Position numbers and translations under genes: made by a program
The notes under the pieces: model-generated
Seen by the model: the letters and a program-made list of their open reading frames with translations, nothing else
Database searches by the model: none
What the model was told of the DNA's origin: nothing
Assembly: GCA_043228905.1 (NCBI GenBank)
Contig: JBHGNT010000018.1
Coordinates: 310,001-374,000 of the forward strand
Source: Azolla caroliniana
Taxonomy: Eukaryota > Plantae > Polypodiophyta
Reading direction: 5' to 3'
Length of the DNA: 64,000 nucleotides
Shown: positions 23,271-37,210 of the stretch, piece by piece
Position numbering within the stretch: the first letter of the stretch is position 1
Layout of the letters: every line of letters starts with the position of its first letter

Positions 23271-26200
23271 GGAAGCTTGGTTTTCTCAGGAGGTCTGAGG
23301 TAGAATCAACTTACACAGAAAATCAAGAATTCGATCATATTCTTGTCATCATCATCATCTTCTTCTTCTTCTTCGACTATGTCTATTCTTCTTCTATATC
23401 TGGCTCTTCTGTTTCTTTGTTACTTCCGAGATGTGGCAGTCATCGTAATCATATTCTCCTTCTTCTTCTGTTCTCTGCAGAAGGAAAGCCGCGTTACATA
23501 AGCGTATTTGTATTCTGAACAATATACGTATTCGTGTATGTATGTGTATGTATTTATGATGTATGTACGTATGTATGTATGAATATATTATATACTCATA
23601 TTTCCAATGGAATATTTTTGAGTTATAAATATAATATGGCATGGCCTCTAAATTGGTGAAGATTTAGTCGGTTCTTGTTCGAACCATTGCATTGGAATTG
23701 GTATCGGCGTTTGGATCATATGATGATGTGTACATATGGGCGTCCACAATGCGATTACTTCTCTGATGGCACATCATATGGTGCCTCTCGTCCAATCGAG
23801 CCCTTGAACCCTACTAGGCACAGTTAACTGTGTATTTCGACTTGTCGTTACAAGCCAAACTGAGGGATTCAGATAGTGTTCTTAGACCTAGCCTAAGGTA
23901 TTCTTCGTTTTGTTTATTGTTCACTTGTTCGTTAGTTGTTTTTTTCCCTCTCAAACATGGAGATTGTGTGGGTAAAGTATGGCCATGTTATAACAAGGTT
24001 CTCATTTGCTCGAGTATATAAAACATTTTCGCCATGAGCATATGTATTTGATTTAAGACAAGGGATAGGACAATCACAAATTGGATTGCCATATGTCTGC
24101 CTATTATCGTGATAGTTATCGTTCGAGCATAGACGTTTGTGTCTTTGCACAATTCCTAATGTTTACATTTATGTGCAATGCTCTAGGGTTTATAGTTATG
24201 TGAAGGGGCGACCTACCATTGCATGTCTTTCTTTTGTCCATTCATTGCATGAATATATTTGGCTTATTCTAAGGGCCATGGTATGGGATGCATGTAATTT
24301 GATTAGCCTTATCTCGTATGATTAGTTGGGTTGGAGAGTTACTCCTCTATTTTTGTCACTGCATAATTCCATTAATATATAGAACTAGATATGATCTTGA
24401 TCTTCCCCACGAAATGTCGGTGGCTTGATATACTTCATTATACCCATATGACACTTTGGGCTCGAGCATGTCTACAAATACTGGGTCGTGGAATCTAATC
24501 AAACATTTGCAAGTACAAATTTGAAAATATCAAGTGTTACGTGTCACATAAGCATCTAGAGAGGTCATTGGAGTTGCACCTCGCTGATTTTGAGTCTAAA
24601 TAAAATAGTATCCTTGTTGAATAGCATTTCCATGACTAGACTAGCAATATTTCAAGCATTCTTGTTTAAGGAAATGTAAAACATCCATAAAATCATTTGA
24701 TTTTTCCAAGTTTATTGTCCACGTGTTAATTCAACCCCTACAAACCCTAGTTGAACAACAATTGATTATTCGATGGAAATGAAAATTTGTCAAATTGTCA
24801 CCTTTTAGAGGTTCCACATATAACTAACAAGCAATGAAGTACATGCAGTATTAGTGCTTTGAACTACAACTTTGTTGATAAACCATCCACACATGGTCAT
24901 GGGTTTGAACCATTGAATACCTCGAGGTACAAAGTGAATATACATTAATTATTCTCTAATCTACGGGAAGGTGATATGTTGTGTGCATACGAGAGCTAGG
25001 ATTTTAGAAAAGAAACACTATCGCTAAAATGTTAAGCAAAAAAAATAATGTTGTGGTTCAAGAAACATGACGTATTGGGAATGTTGGTGCTTCTTTTCGG
25101 GCTTGTAATCTAGGGCGGTAATACCATCTATAAGTTTAGAAAAGAGTTTGAAAAATGTTCAAAAGGACTTCCTTATGAATTTTCTTCAAACAAATATACA
25201 AACACGAGAGATGCTCTACTTTCTTGAGATTGGATCCATTCCATTGAGATAAATGGCTATTAAAGGGTTATTGAGTACAAACTTAAGGTTGACTTAATCA
25301 ATCAGAAATGGGATGCATATCATGCATTTAATATTGGGTTCATGAATCATGGTACACCGATAGATTACTTCATGCATGAGGTTTTTTTGTAACACTATTG
25401 CACCACATATTCAAAAATATGTGTGGGCTTCTATTCCACACACTATATTGCACATGTTTCACCAGTCTTTTCAACTATTTTCCATGAACAAGAGAATCAT
25501 GATCACTAATACACCTTCCATCCCATCCCTTTGCTTGTTGTTTGCTTTGTATTGTTTCCATTTGACTAAATTCACATTCTCTTCAAAGCGAGCAGGGATT
25601 TGGGGCATAAGGGGGTTGACTTGATGGCTATGCATCTCTTGATGACTTGGACAAGTTAGCAAGTATTAGTATTGCGGTTGTGATGAGGCTTCACATTTTA
25701 CCATATTTGAGTTTTCTTGTCAAATGTTGATTTGGTTGAATTGCTACTCACATATCATGCATCACAACATCACAACATGCCCTCTTAATCGCAATATTCC
25801 TTTGTAAAATTCTTACATCGAGAGTCACTAGTAAACTTCACACATAATTGTGAGAATGATTCACTTTTGGTTGCATGGACTCTCTCCCTCTCTCGGAGTG
25901 GGAAAGACATGGAGGCTCCCACTTCACACATTACATTATGTATGTTCCGGTAATCGCTAACCAATCCTATATTTGAACATGCACTCGCCATGCATGCTAA
26001 ATCCCATCCCCTTGTCTAACATCCATACCATTTATTCCATGTGAGTTAACTCACGTTCTCTTTTATGTGATTTGATACATTTGAGAGCAGTTGCAAACTT
26101 AGAACACATAGTTTTCCTCGAACTAGTTTGTGAAACTATTGCACTCTATCGCAATGGTGCTCCTTTAATCACAATCAAGTTTGTTTTACGCACATCATGA

Positions 26201-29200
26201 GACTAAATGTGCCATTAACAAATGAATTATTGTAATCAAATTTGTTGGTGCGTCCATAATGTTTCATCTTATAATGAAATTTTCAACAATTAGCTCCATA
26301 ACATATTGTATTTTAAGGTAAAATAATGTTACTTTATTAAAAGCCTAAAATTAAACGTTGCATATTATTGAATCAAGGTGCCTCATCTTCATAAAGCAAT
26401 TTTTCTCCATATATTTCACATAAATATGCAATCCGTTGTACTTTTAATACATTTAGTTTTGGGGTAAAGGAATAGGAAAAATACAATGACATAACTAGGT
26501 TGATGCCCCTTCATATGAATGCGGTGAAACTTTTGGAATACTTTGACAAGATAATCAACCTTGAACTTTGTCACGCACTTCTTTGGCAACTCTTGGTTGT
26601 TGTGCTGCATATTTTGGGGATATTTCGAACATCAAACTCTTTTATGCACTTGTTACTACAACTTCTACTTTAATATTCCTTTTTCCTCGTATATTTAAAC
26701 TTCTTCCTTGCATTGTGTATAAGGCACATGTTTGTAGATGTTTATATGCATGCAAATGGTTTAATATTTTGAAATGTGGATAATATGGAGATATTGGTCC
26801 CCATAAATTGGTGTGCCATTTGATGTGGAGTACTTGGCGAGAGAAGAATGATTAGCTTTGTATATGACTACTACAAGAGGTCGATTGATATGCAGTAACG
26901 AATATAGTTGGAGGAAGTATTAATGCTTTGACGGCTAGTCCAACCCTTATGTCTTGAACTTCTCTCAACTAATAACCCTTGTCACACTTTAAGCTTAACA
27001 TCTAATCATGAACAAAACTTAAGAAAGATGCCTCACAAATACAAACTTTATCAATGACATTACTAAATATAATGCCTCGATTATATAAAGAGGTAAGAAT
27101 TTTAAATCCTCAAGATATCCTTGCAACAGATTGAAGATGATACGCTCAATCTAATCAATACATACACATGGATAATTTGCAACTGACATCTCCTTGAAAG
27201 ATTATCATGTTTACATCCCGTTTTTATGAGACATGTCTAAAAGATATGTTAGTCTACGCCACATGATGCTTGCAAGTCGCAACATATCTATCAAGAAATC
27301 TGTCAAAAACACAATAGTTCCTTAATAATCTCCCGTAGATACCATATATATTTGCTTGCATTTGAGATCATGCCCTCAATTTCAAGCTAATTGCTATTTA
27401 AATTTCCAAGAAGTTTTTACCTTTGATTTTCGTGTTTTCGAGAAGTAACTTGTTTTGGCATGTATTAGCAGTGTGGTTGCAAAAACCTAAGCATTTGATA
27501 AAGTTTGTGCATTTCCAAAATGTGGCTTGTTCTTAAGTGGAATTACTCAATTTACTTGCAAAATGTTTATCGTGGGGAATTTACCTCTTCCAATCCAAGC
27601 TAAAAGACGTTAACTATCCATACATCAAATTCATCAACCCCAAAAAAACAATTCACGCTTGTAATAAACCATACATGATTTTATTTTTGTAGCATTGTAA
27701 TCCTCCATGCATAATCAACAATATTTAAGCAGTTGACTATGGACACAATCGTCCATTCATGTTGATTACATAGTCAATCAAAATTTCCCCTCTACCTTTT
27801 CATCACACGAGCATTATTTAAGAAGATGACAAAATAATTCAGATTTTACATTACAAACTTTGTACGCAAATTTTGTTCAATACTTTTGTTGTGTACTCTT
27901 GTAACTCCAAGTCCCTTGAAAGGATGAGTTTAATTTGGTAACATAAGAACATTGCCATGACAATCTCATTAGTTGTGTATGAATAAAACATATAAGCACA
28001 TACTTGATAAGTACAAGTAAAAAATATAGTAAAAAGTTTTTTTTTTGCCGACTCAAATGAAAGACCTCTTTATGGGAAGTCATTGTCGACGTTATCAAGT
28101 TGCGCGATGCCATGTGCCATGCACACACTAGACAACCAATTCTATCAAAGCATCTCTCACCTCACACTTAGAAGGAAAAATATATTATAAGAGGATTATC
28201 GTGAGTTTAGCGATATTGTGTTTAATAATATGAATATTCAATGTCAAGAGCCCTCGTTGTCTATCGACACCCTTTCAATCTTCTATCAAAAAGTATAGCC
28301 AACAAGAGTTTTGCATCGCTTGCGTTAAACATTTTGGTCTTATAGATTTCAATATAGGTTATCGTTCCAAGAACATGTGCATCATTATGTTGGCTTGGTT
28401 TAAAGAATATATACTTCAATCACAAACAAAGACTTTGCTCAAAAAATATGTAAACAAATGATTAATCAGGGAATGGAAATTGCATGGAAGAAAGGTGTAC
28501 AAAGCGAAAGAGGAAATGTGAATAAAACCCCCCAAACATGTACACAATACACTGTACAAGTGAACAATGTGTTGTTAGAGAATACTTTAAACAGAATGGA
28601 CACTCAAGCATATGCAATAAGGGCCTTATCATATACACGGTAAATATGAATATAATGGGATTGGTGGTATAAATTTGTTGAAAAAACCAAGTCATATTAT
28701 TATTTTTAACTTTCTACAAATAAGCGAAACTAAAGGCAGATCAAGAAAAGCACAATTATATGCTTTAGATTCCTTGACAATGAGCTACCTTAACTTGCAA
28801 TTTGAAAAGAATAGTAAATAACTCATTCGACATGAAGTCTCCCTTCACATGGCAATCGATGATCTTCTGTAAATGAGAAAGCATTTCCCCAATCAATTGA
28901 ATCTAAGAAAGAGCTTGCAATTATTGATATGCTTGAACAGGCATATAAACATGATGATGCAACGGTAAAACTTGTGCTTTGTGACCTTTGCTTTATGGTG
29001 ATACTTGAGTTCACTTTATTCTATTTTTATGTTTGATGCCATGCACACTAGCATATATGTCCCTCTAAATTGGCTATGGTTTCACTTTACAATAATCTTA
29101 TCATATTTTAATTTGAGATCATGCACACTAACAAGTTGCCCACATGAAAAGGCTATATGTAAAATAAAATCGTAATATTTCTAGTTCGAGATCATGCATG

Positions 29201-31403
29201 CCAACAATTTGTTCCTAAAACATGGCTCAAACATTCTCTTTCCATGTAAAAATATTTGGGCAAAATACTTTACTCAAAACTATGCACGCACTAACACCTA
29301 CAAATTCACTTACATTGACCCAATGATTGAAAACAATTGCATTGCATTATATGAGGCAATAATAACTATTAACAACCATAGATTGTTTTGAAAACATCAA
29401 TTTATATCCTCATCTCCTAACCATTTTTGCGTGGGTTGTATAATCAAAGCCTTTTAGGAGCGAAACATTTTAATTCCATTTTGGAGATGTACATTGTTTG
29501 AGTACTTTTTAAGGCATTGACTATGGTATATCTGGTTATGACTCCAAGTCACTTTTACCTAACAAATGGCAATTGTGATTGCTCAATCTCCTTGAGAAAA
29601 CTTCATCAAGAGGTTCAAAGATGACCAACATAACATTATTGGGGGCAATACGAGCATCTATTAATCTCAAGGTTCTAAAAACATAAATAGTTGTTTCTCA
29701 TCAATGTGCTAAATATGTCTAAAAACCTCTCTATGCCTCAAGGAACAAAGGTTCTCTACACCTTAAAGAGCTATATGAATAACATTGCACGTGTACCATA
29801 AATAAATGCTTAAGGTTACGACTAATGAGACACGTAAAGGCAATCACGAGTCTTTAAAGATACAAATATTGAAGACACGGATTCACAATTACAAATACTT
29901 ATTAGAGTGATGTGTGAACCAAGAATTTACAAGATCGTCAAATGCCTTGAGTACACATATCCCTCTCAATGTGAATTACAAAGGTGATGTGATAGCTCCC
30001 ACACAACATTAGTAAGATTAAACTTGTGTGTTAAAATAATGTTATTCAAGGGTGGGTTCGAGAGTGATATATTAGTGCTTGATTCAATGTCAATATATGG
30101 GTCTCTCGTGTTATTTAATTCTTACTGACAAGATGATCTTGATGTGATACCATTAGTTCATCCTCGACCTTTCTACTTGATGTCATAGTTTCATTGGCAC
30201 TTGAATGGTCTCAAACCCATGTGTACAATATTGCATGCCATAGAAAGACTTGGCACACATGTCGTAGATAGGCCTAGCTCACAAAACTCTAGACTTTATG
30301 TCAAACGTATTAGAATATTGACAAGCAATGAATGGTTTTGTTGTGCGTAAAAAAGCCTTTCCATAGAGTTGCAACATATACTTGTATATAATCGTTTTGA
30401 TATAGCATTTACCACCAGAAAAGTCAGCTACCACCTTGCTTATCTGTAATGAATAGTTAGCCACCACGTTTCCCAATACTTATGCCTTTCGAAGGGCTTA
30501 TTTCAACATGTCAAACCTAGCCTTATTTGTATAGATTTCATGCTCATAGTGTGAGGAACAAAGTTTTTAGAAATTGACCATGTGGTGCATCTTGCAACGA
30601 ATCAACTATTAATCCTATAAGCAAGTTCTGTACACATGAGTATGTAAGTGTTTGAATGAGGTTCCAAAGGGGATGCACAACAATTAACGCTCCAATAATT
30701 TCTCCACATCAACTTTGCCACACTATGTACTAGGGTTGTGTCACCCATCATTAAAGTAAAGTATGATATCAAGGATTACATTCACCACACGTAAACAAGC
30801 AAGCATATACACAAGGTTCTCAAAGATCAAGACACAAATGGATTTATATTTTGACATCAACCATGTCACATGGCATGTCATTAAAGATTGAACCAGTTCA
30901 TTATGTGCAAAAGAAGAAAGTGAATACTAGGTAGTCAACGCGTACGTGAATGACACAACCCACTTCTGTTCTGGGTGCCGAACACGAAGATTTGTAGCCC
31001 TTAGGACCTTGTACAAAAAAGCTTTAAAATCAAGGGCATTTCCCACACAAAGGCTAATCCTATAGCTCAACAAACCACTTCCTCTCTTTCCTAGCCTGCG
31101 ATGGAAGTTCATGCAGGACAATAAAGAATTGATAGCGGCTTCTTAATTAGAGTGCTTTTGTTGAGGGTGAAACCACCGCTTGGTTTGCCAACACGGGGGA
31201 CTAAGCTTGGGATGGCAGATAATGGCCGGACATTAGGTCACACAATTTGTGAGAAGGGAAATGTCCGGGCACATGTAGGCCGGACACTTAGGTGTGAACG
31301 CGGCCCAACGGGGAGGGGAGGGGATTCAGTTCCCGCTCAATCTCTCGTTTGGTTTCCCTCCTCATTTTCTTCTGCCTTCAAATTCTGTGTAAGCTTCGAA
31401 GGA

Positions 31404-31478
31404 AGCAGAAGCAGAAGAAGAAGAAGAAGAAGAAGAAGAAGAAGAAGAAGAAGAAGAAGAAGAAGACGAAGAAGAAGG
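31404..31478 (+). repeat. (GAA)n microsatellite in the predicted 5' UTR exon of the downstream gene
   Basis: Long GAA run. Putative leader exon ends at a donor near 31760, with acceptor tgcag at 32329. Confidence 0.9.
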
Positions 31479-32346
31479 AAAAGAGACGAAGCACCTGCCT
31501 CTCTGTAGTTGTTGCCTAGCCAAAGCACGCAGAATGTGAAGGAGAAGGCGAAGTAGAGAGAAGAAGGGGATCGAAGGGGAAAAGAAGGAAGATCGATTCA
31601 AGTGGAAACAAGAAGGAAGCAAGAATCAAGAAGAAAGCCAGGTAGATAGGGAAAATAATCAATAAAGAAGCAGCGGGAGACTAATCCAGAAGGAATCAGA
31701 GAAAAGGAAACAGAAAGAAGAAGGAGACGAAGTTTATCCGGTCGATCCTCCTACCGAAGGTCTGTACTTCTCTTCCAAATTCCGCTTTCTTTCTTTTTTC
31801 TTTCACACATTCTTAAATAAGAAACGCAATGCATACAGGACTTAAGATCGAAATGTTAAAGGTTGAATCTAGATACCGTCTTTTCTTTCCGCCAAAGAAA
31901 TGTCTCTTTTTTCTTTACATTGTATTGTTGCATGCGTTTGTGTTTTTGTTCGAGTTATGATGCTTACGTTCTCACAGGTCATGACAAGTCATGTATTTCT
32001 ACAAATAAACAGCTCTGCTGTCGATTGTTTCCTTTTCTTTTCTGCTAGGGAAGGGTAATATTTACGTTGCACATCGAGAAACGCATTTCTATTTGATTGT
32101 TTTTATAGGGTCATATTTTCGCTTGATGTCTAATTCTTATATTTTGCCGATTCCTGATTATAATGGAATATACAGTTTGATTCCTCTGTCTACGCTTGAT
32201 GATCTAATAATCGTTTTATTTGTATAGATTGTATGAGCAGAATGTCAATTATTTTGTTGCAATATATTCTGCTTTATGATATCCAATTATGATGTATAAA
32301 TATATATATATATCACTTCACTTTTGCAGTAATAGCATCGACAAAA

Positions 32347-35321
32347 ATGCGTTGTCATTCCAGAAGACATACCAGGAAGAAGAGAAGCGATGCTATAAAT
32401 CTACCAGACCCAGGAGAAGATTGTAAAAAGTTACGGTTTCTAGATGATATTTTAGGTTCTACTAAGGCGAAAGAACAAACAAATATAGTAAATGTAGTTG
32501 TACCTGATAAGAAATCACCTCACCTTGAACCTCACTGCATAACATCATTCACTGCCGATAAAGACCAGATACGGTTTTCTTCAAGAAAACCATGGATAAT
32601 GGCATTGCAGGATGATGATGAGAACATGGCCTCTATTAGTTTGGAGTTGCATTTGGAAGATTCTTCGTCCAATAGTGCAGGTTATAGTCATAACACTTCC
32701 GTTGAAGATGATACAATGGACATTGCTCAATCTACTGATGCCACAGGGAGTTCCTTACTTAGGGAATATCATCAAGTACTATATCAGAAAGTGAATGTTC
32801 GATCACCAGAAAAGAGTATTTGTCAACCTTCAAACCTTAAGAAAAGGAAAAATATCTTAGATTCCACAGTTGAACCCATGAATATAGAAGATGGTGAAGA
32901 TGATTGGACGTTGCAAAAGTGGCAACTGTATTATAAGCAACAGTCTAGTCGTCAAAAGTCTAAGAAAAACAGCTCGTTAAAACATAACCTTGTAACGGGA
33001 ATTGAGAAGAATGCCAAAGATCTCCCATGTTTGATCACCATAGATTCTAATGTATCATGCTCCATTGATTCTGTTAGAGAAGACAGTAAACATAAGGAGC
33101 CTGGTAACACTTCTTTATGCTGTACGGATCAAGATGGTGCCAAGTTCATTAATGGGATTACTCACATTGAAGTTTCAACCATAGGAAAATGTCATCAAAC
33201 TACCAGTTATGACCATGAAGAAAACTCTGTAAATATGCTTACTAATTTGTCACCAATAAATTTGGAACTGGAAGATGAATCTGATGTTGACAAGTCAAAT
33301 TGTTTATCCATAAGGATGCAAGAAGATGATGCTTGTAGCTGGGCTTTGAAACCATGTGCGGATGGACTATCTGTCTCTCTCTCACCATTAAGGCTATCAG
33401 AAGATTCTGCTCATAGTTTCAATTCACACATTGCTGAGGGAAACCGCAAATCAATCACTTCCAAGAAAGTTACAATAAATGGGAAGAAAAAGACCTTGAA
33501 CCTGGAAGGATCTAAGAGTTCCAAAATAGTTCTTCCTAAAGGTGATGCTAAATGCACAATGAAGTATAGGGACAGAAGTTTGTCTGAGATTCCTGATGCT
33601 AGAATTGATCACTGTGACAAAAATAGCAGCGATAATAATGCTTTGGAAAGTTTTGAAATTGAAGAAGACTATGATTTTCCATTAAAGCCAACAAAAATTC
33701 CCTGCAAAAGAAAAGTAAGTGGGTTTGCTCTTATTAATTTCTTCTATACATTGAAAGAAACATTCAGTTTTTAAATTTTTTTCTACATTCTGATTGCATG
33801 ATACCCATTTTCAGGCCATATCTCCATTCTCACAAAAGATGTTACTTAGGGCTTCAAGACTTGATGAGTTTGGTTATGACATTGAAAACCAAGGTAATCA
33901 ATTTCCCAGCTTTGCAAACCATCTCTGACATTCTCCTTTTTCCATCTGATCCACACTGTGTACTGGTTTTCTTGTAGGAGTGGGAAAACGTCCTTATCCT
34001 TCCAGAGTTTTAACTGGAAAAAATAATCCCGATGAGAATTGTCCTGATCTTTCTCGTGATATGCTCTCTAAATCTCCTGAAAAAATTGCGAATGTTGGTA
34101 AAAATGACCAGAGTTTACAAGAATCTTCCTGTCATAATAATAGAAAGCCTCTATTTTTGAAGATCAAATCACCTTCTGATATTGCACCTCTGACCTCTGC
34201 GAAACACTTGACAGAACTATGTTCCCACCAACCATTTTCAAATGTGCAGAACCTTTCTCTTGTATCACATAATTCACCTTCTTCATCCTTGGAAAATTTT
34301 AAAAAGGTGGTGAATGCATCTACTGTTGGATCATCTCCTCATATACCAGTAAAAGGAATTCTGAAGTCTACATCGAAGACTTGCAAGGATCAATGCTATT
34401 GTGAGAAATGTGCTTCTACTAGATTAAGAGCTAAAAAAGCGTCCGAATTTTCTCAACGTCAGATGCAAGATATTGAAGGGATTGCTGCAATGCTAATGAA
34501 AGACTTGAGTAGATTGCGTGAAATAGTTGAAGATAAGCTTCTTCCAAGGTCTGTGCAATCTGAAGATGCGCATTCATCCTTGAGCATGGATGAGGTAAGT
34601 TGTAATAAGATATGTTTGTTGCACACTATTTTCTGTCCATTTGCGTATATTACGATGACTTCCTTATCTTTCAAACAACTCGTTTTTTTTTTTTTTTTTG
34701 TAGGTGAGGATTGCTGCGATCAATGCACTAGAGACAGAGGAAACAGCTAAGAAATGGCTTGTTCGGATGTCGCGAGACAGCAATCGCTATTGCAAGATAA
34801 TGGTATACATTTGATAAGTTTTAATAATTTCAAGTGTGGAAAGCCTTTTGTCTCATGAATGTGAAGCCTAAGCTACTTTTGTTTGCATTCTAGTAGCTGT
34901 TTTTCATATAATTGATGGAAGACTAGTATTGTGGCGTTGGGAGTAAACTACTACATTGTGAATCTTCCTATTTTCCGAGAGGCATTTGTAAAGCTTAAAA
35001 ATGTTTTAAAGAATCTTTACAACCACATGCAAATGAAACATTTTCACAGTAAATAATGGTAAATAGATAAGATCCTAGCAATAAGAAGCAAATGACCATA
35101 GTTCTTGTGCATTTACAGTAAAAGATTTCAGACTCCTGCAGTCACAGATTATTGATATCAAAATAGCTTGTTTTGTTTGTTGTGTTATGAAGTCATGTAT
35201 ATCTTAAATTTTTTTGCAGCGAATGGAAGAGAGAAAACTTACCTTCGCAGATGAACAGGGTGGCAAACTATGCCACATAAAAATATTCAATTCACAACCA
35301 ACAGAGTCAGAATTGTTGTAG
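32347..35321 (+). CDS. Uncharacterised plant protein, ~754 aa. Exons 32347-33714, 33815-33893, 33978-34594, 34704-34802, 35220-35321. Long low-complexity N-terminus, ordered-looking C-terminal domain
   Basis: All junctions are GT-AG and keep the frame. C-terminus KGILK..CKDQCYCEKC..FSQRQMQDIE..KWLVRMSRDSNRYCKIM|RMEERKLTFADEQGGKLCHIKIF. Confidence 0.85.
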
Positions 35322-37210
35322 AATATAACCTCATCACTATTTCCACACACGAGGAGTCTGTTGTATAATGCAATTTACTTACTCGAGCTAATATATGCTT
35401 CATTACAACAGTGGATTGAATCTGGAAGTCAGGAGTCATAATCTGGATTTTCACACCTGAATATGGGTTGTGTGTAGAGAATTAGGATAAGACAGATGTA
35501 ACATGTATCAACTAAATCTCTTTCCAAATGTTGGGATAATAAGGTCAAGGTTTGTCAGATATGATAAGTTTTAGAGTAGAGGACAATTTATGCCTGAGAT
35601 GATATGTATCAACTGCATCTGTTTCCACAATGTTGGATATAATGTCAAGTGTAAATGTCAAATTTAAAGATATATGTAAGATGTGATGTCTAGCAATGGA
35701 ACCCAATCAAACTCTGGAAAGATTACAGAATGAAGATAAAGATCTGCAAGCTGTAATGTCTATAAACTAAATGATAAAATTGTTTATTTGCATGCATGGA
35801 ACTAGGATGTTAAGGTGCAAACAATTAGAAACTTGTTGATCAGAGCGTTGCATTGCACAGAAGCCTCAGCCCATTCTCTAGACCTTTCATTGTACTAGTG
35901 CATATACATATATACAACAGGATACAACAGAATTGGTAGCACAAATGGTGTGTAATGTACTCAAGGACTTTATTCTAAAGGTTTAGTACTCAAAGACTTC
36001 ACTCTATATGTACCTATTTCCCTCTTTGATGTTATTATGATACATGGATACCTATAAGAGAATTAAAATGAAGCTAATAAAAGTGATTGCCATAAGATAA
36101 ATGTTGAACAATGTTTTCTCCAAAGCTTGTAATTGTCAAGGATGCGTTGTGGTTGAGGAATGAAGTATTGTTCTCCAAAGCTTGTAATTGTCACAAGGAT
36201 GAGTTGTAGTTGGGGACCGAAGTTAGATATTGGTGTTTTCAATCAACAAGCGAGAGATACACAAGCCTCTTATCTTAATTCAAGCGGGGAGCTTTTGACT
36301 TTGGTGAGATAGCAAGAAGCTCTACTATCACTTGTTAGAGAGCTTTGATGGGATTGTTCTTTTGTGGAAGCGTAAGACTCTGGTGTGAAAATTGGTGCAC
36401 ACACATACACAGGAAGAGAGAGATACATATGGAGTAATAGAGGTGCGAAAATTGGTTCAAACTTCACACCAGAATGGTTGATCAAAGGTTGTTATCCCAA
36501 TATTAGTTACCTATGCATGACCTATATACGATCCATCTATTGTCTATGGATGCTTTGTCTTTTAGGGGTATTTTAACATGCTTAAAAAAGTCATCCAATT
36601 GGTAGAAGAGTTGCAATTAGGGAGTTGGCAATACGTGCGTGATAATAACCATCAATAGACACTTAATTATGATAACATTAATCACAATATGGTAGTGGAT
36701 AATGAAAATGTAAATCAATGTTGTATTTCGTCTATTATTAGCATATGTGGTTAGCCATGTATGTACAATTAGTTGCATGGAGGTCAGAGCTAATGTAGTT
36801 AGGCGAGTACATGGATGGACTTTTGCGATCGCAGTTGAGATGAGAATCGTCAACACTAAGGGTTTTCTTGTTCTTGGTCACAATGATCTTACAACAACAC
36901 AAGTATGCCACGGTTATTGTTCGGATACAAAGAGAAGAGTTCAGGAAGGCAAAAAAGAGGAATCGAAGAGGTTTGCGTCAAAGTGTCGGTCCCTCACCAA
37001 GTGGGTCAGGCTGCAGGAGCACAATATGCTTGCTTTTGCTTGGTCCTTGACATCTTCTGCCTGCTACTACTGAAGAAAATGCTTGCTTTTTTGGTCCTTC
37101 CTTCCTTGTTATCCACAAAAACATATGAACCCAACAGAAAATGCAGAAAGAAGCAACACCAGAAGACACACACACATACATACATACATACATACATATG
37201 ATTGGTGTAT

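Noticed and set aside
23700-31100. Long intergenic region with Cys/His/Trp-rich short ORFs suggestive of a decayed DNA transposon, and weak PPR-like pieces near 30400-30750
   Set aside because: No TIR, TSD or catalytic motif identified. It needs a tBLASTn or Dfam search.
35490-36480. Small local duplications (35495-35650, 36110-36215) and an 11-bp inverted repeat (36379-36473)
   Set aside because: Short two-copy events common in plant intergenic DNA, with no evidence of function.
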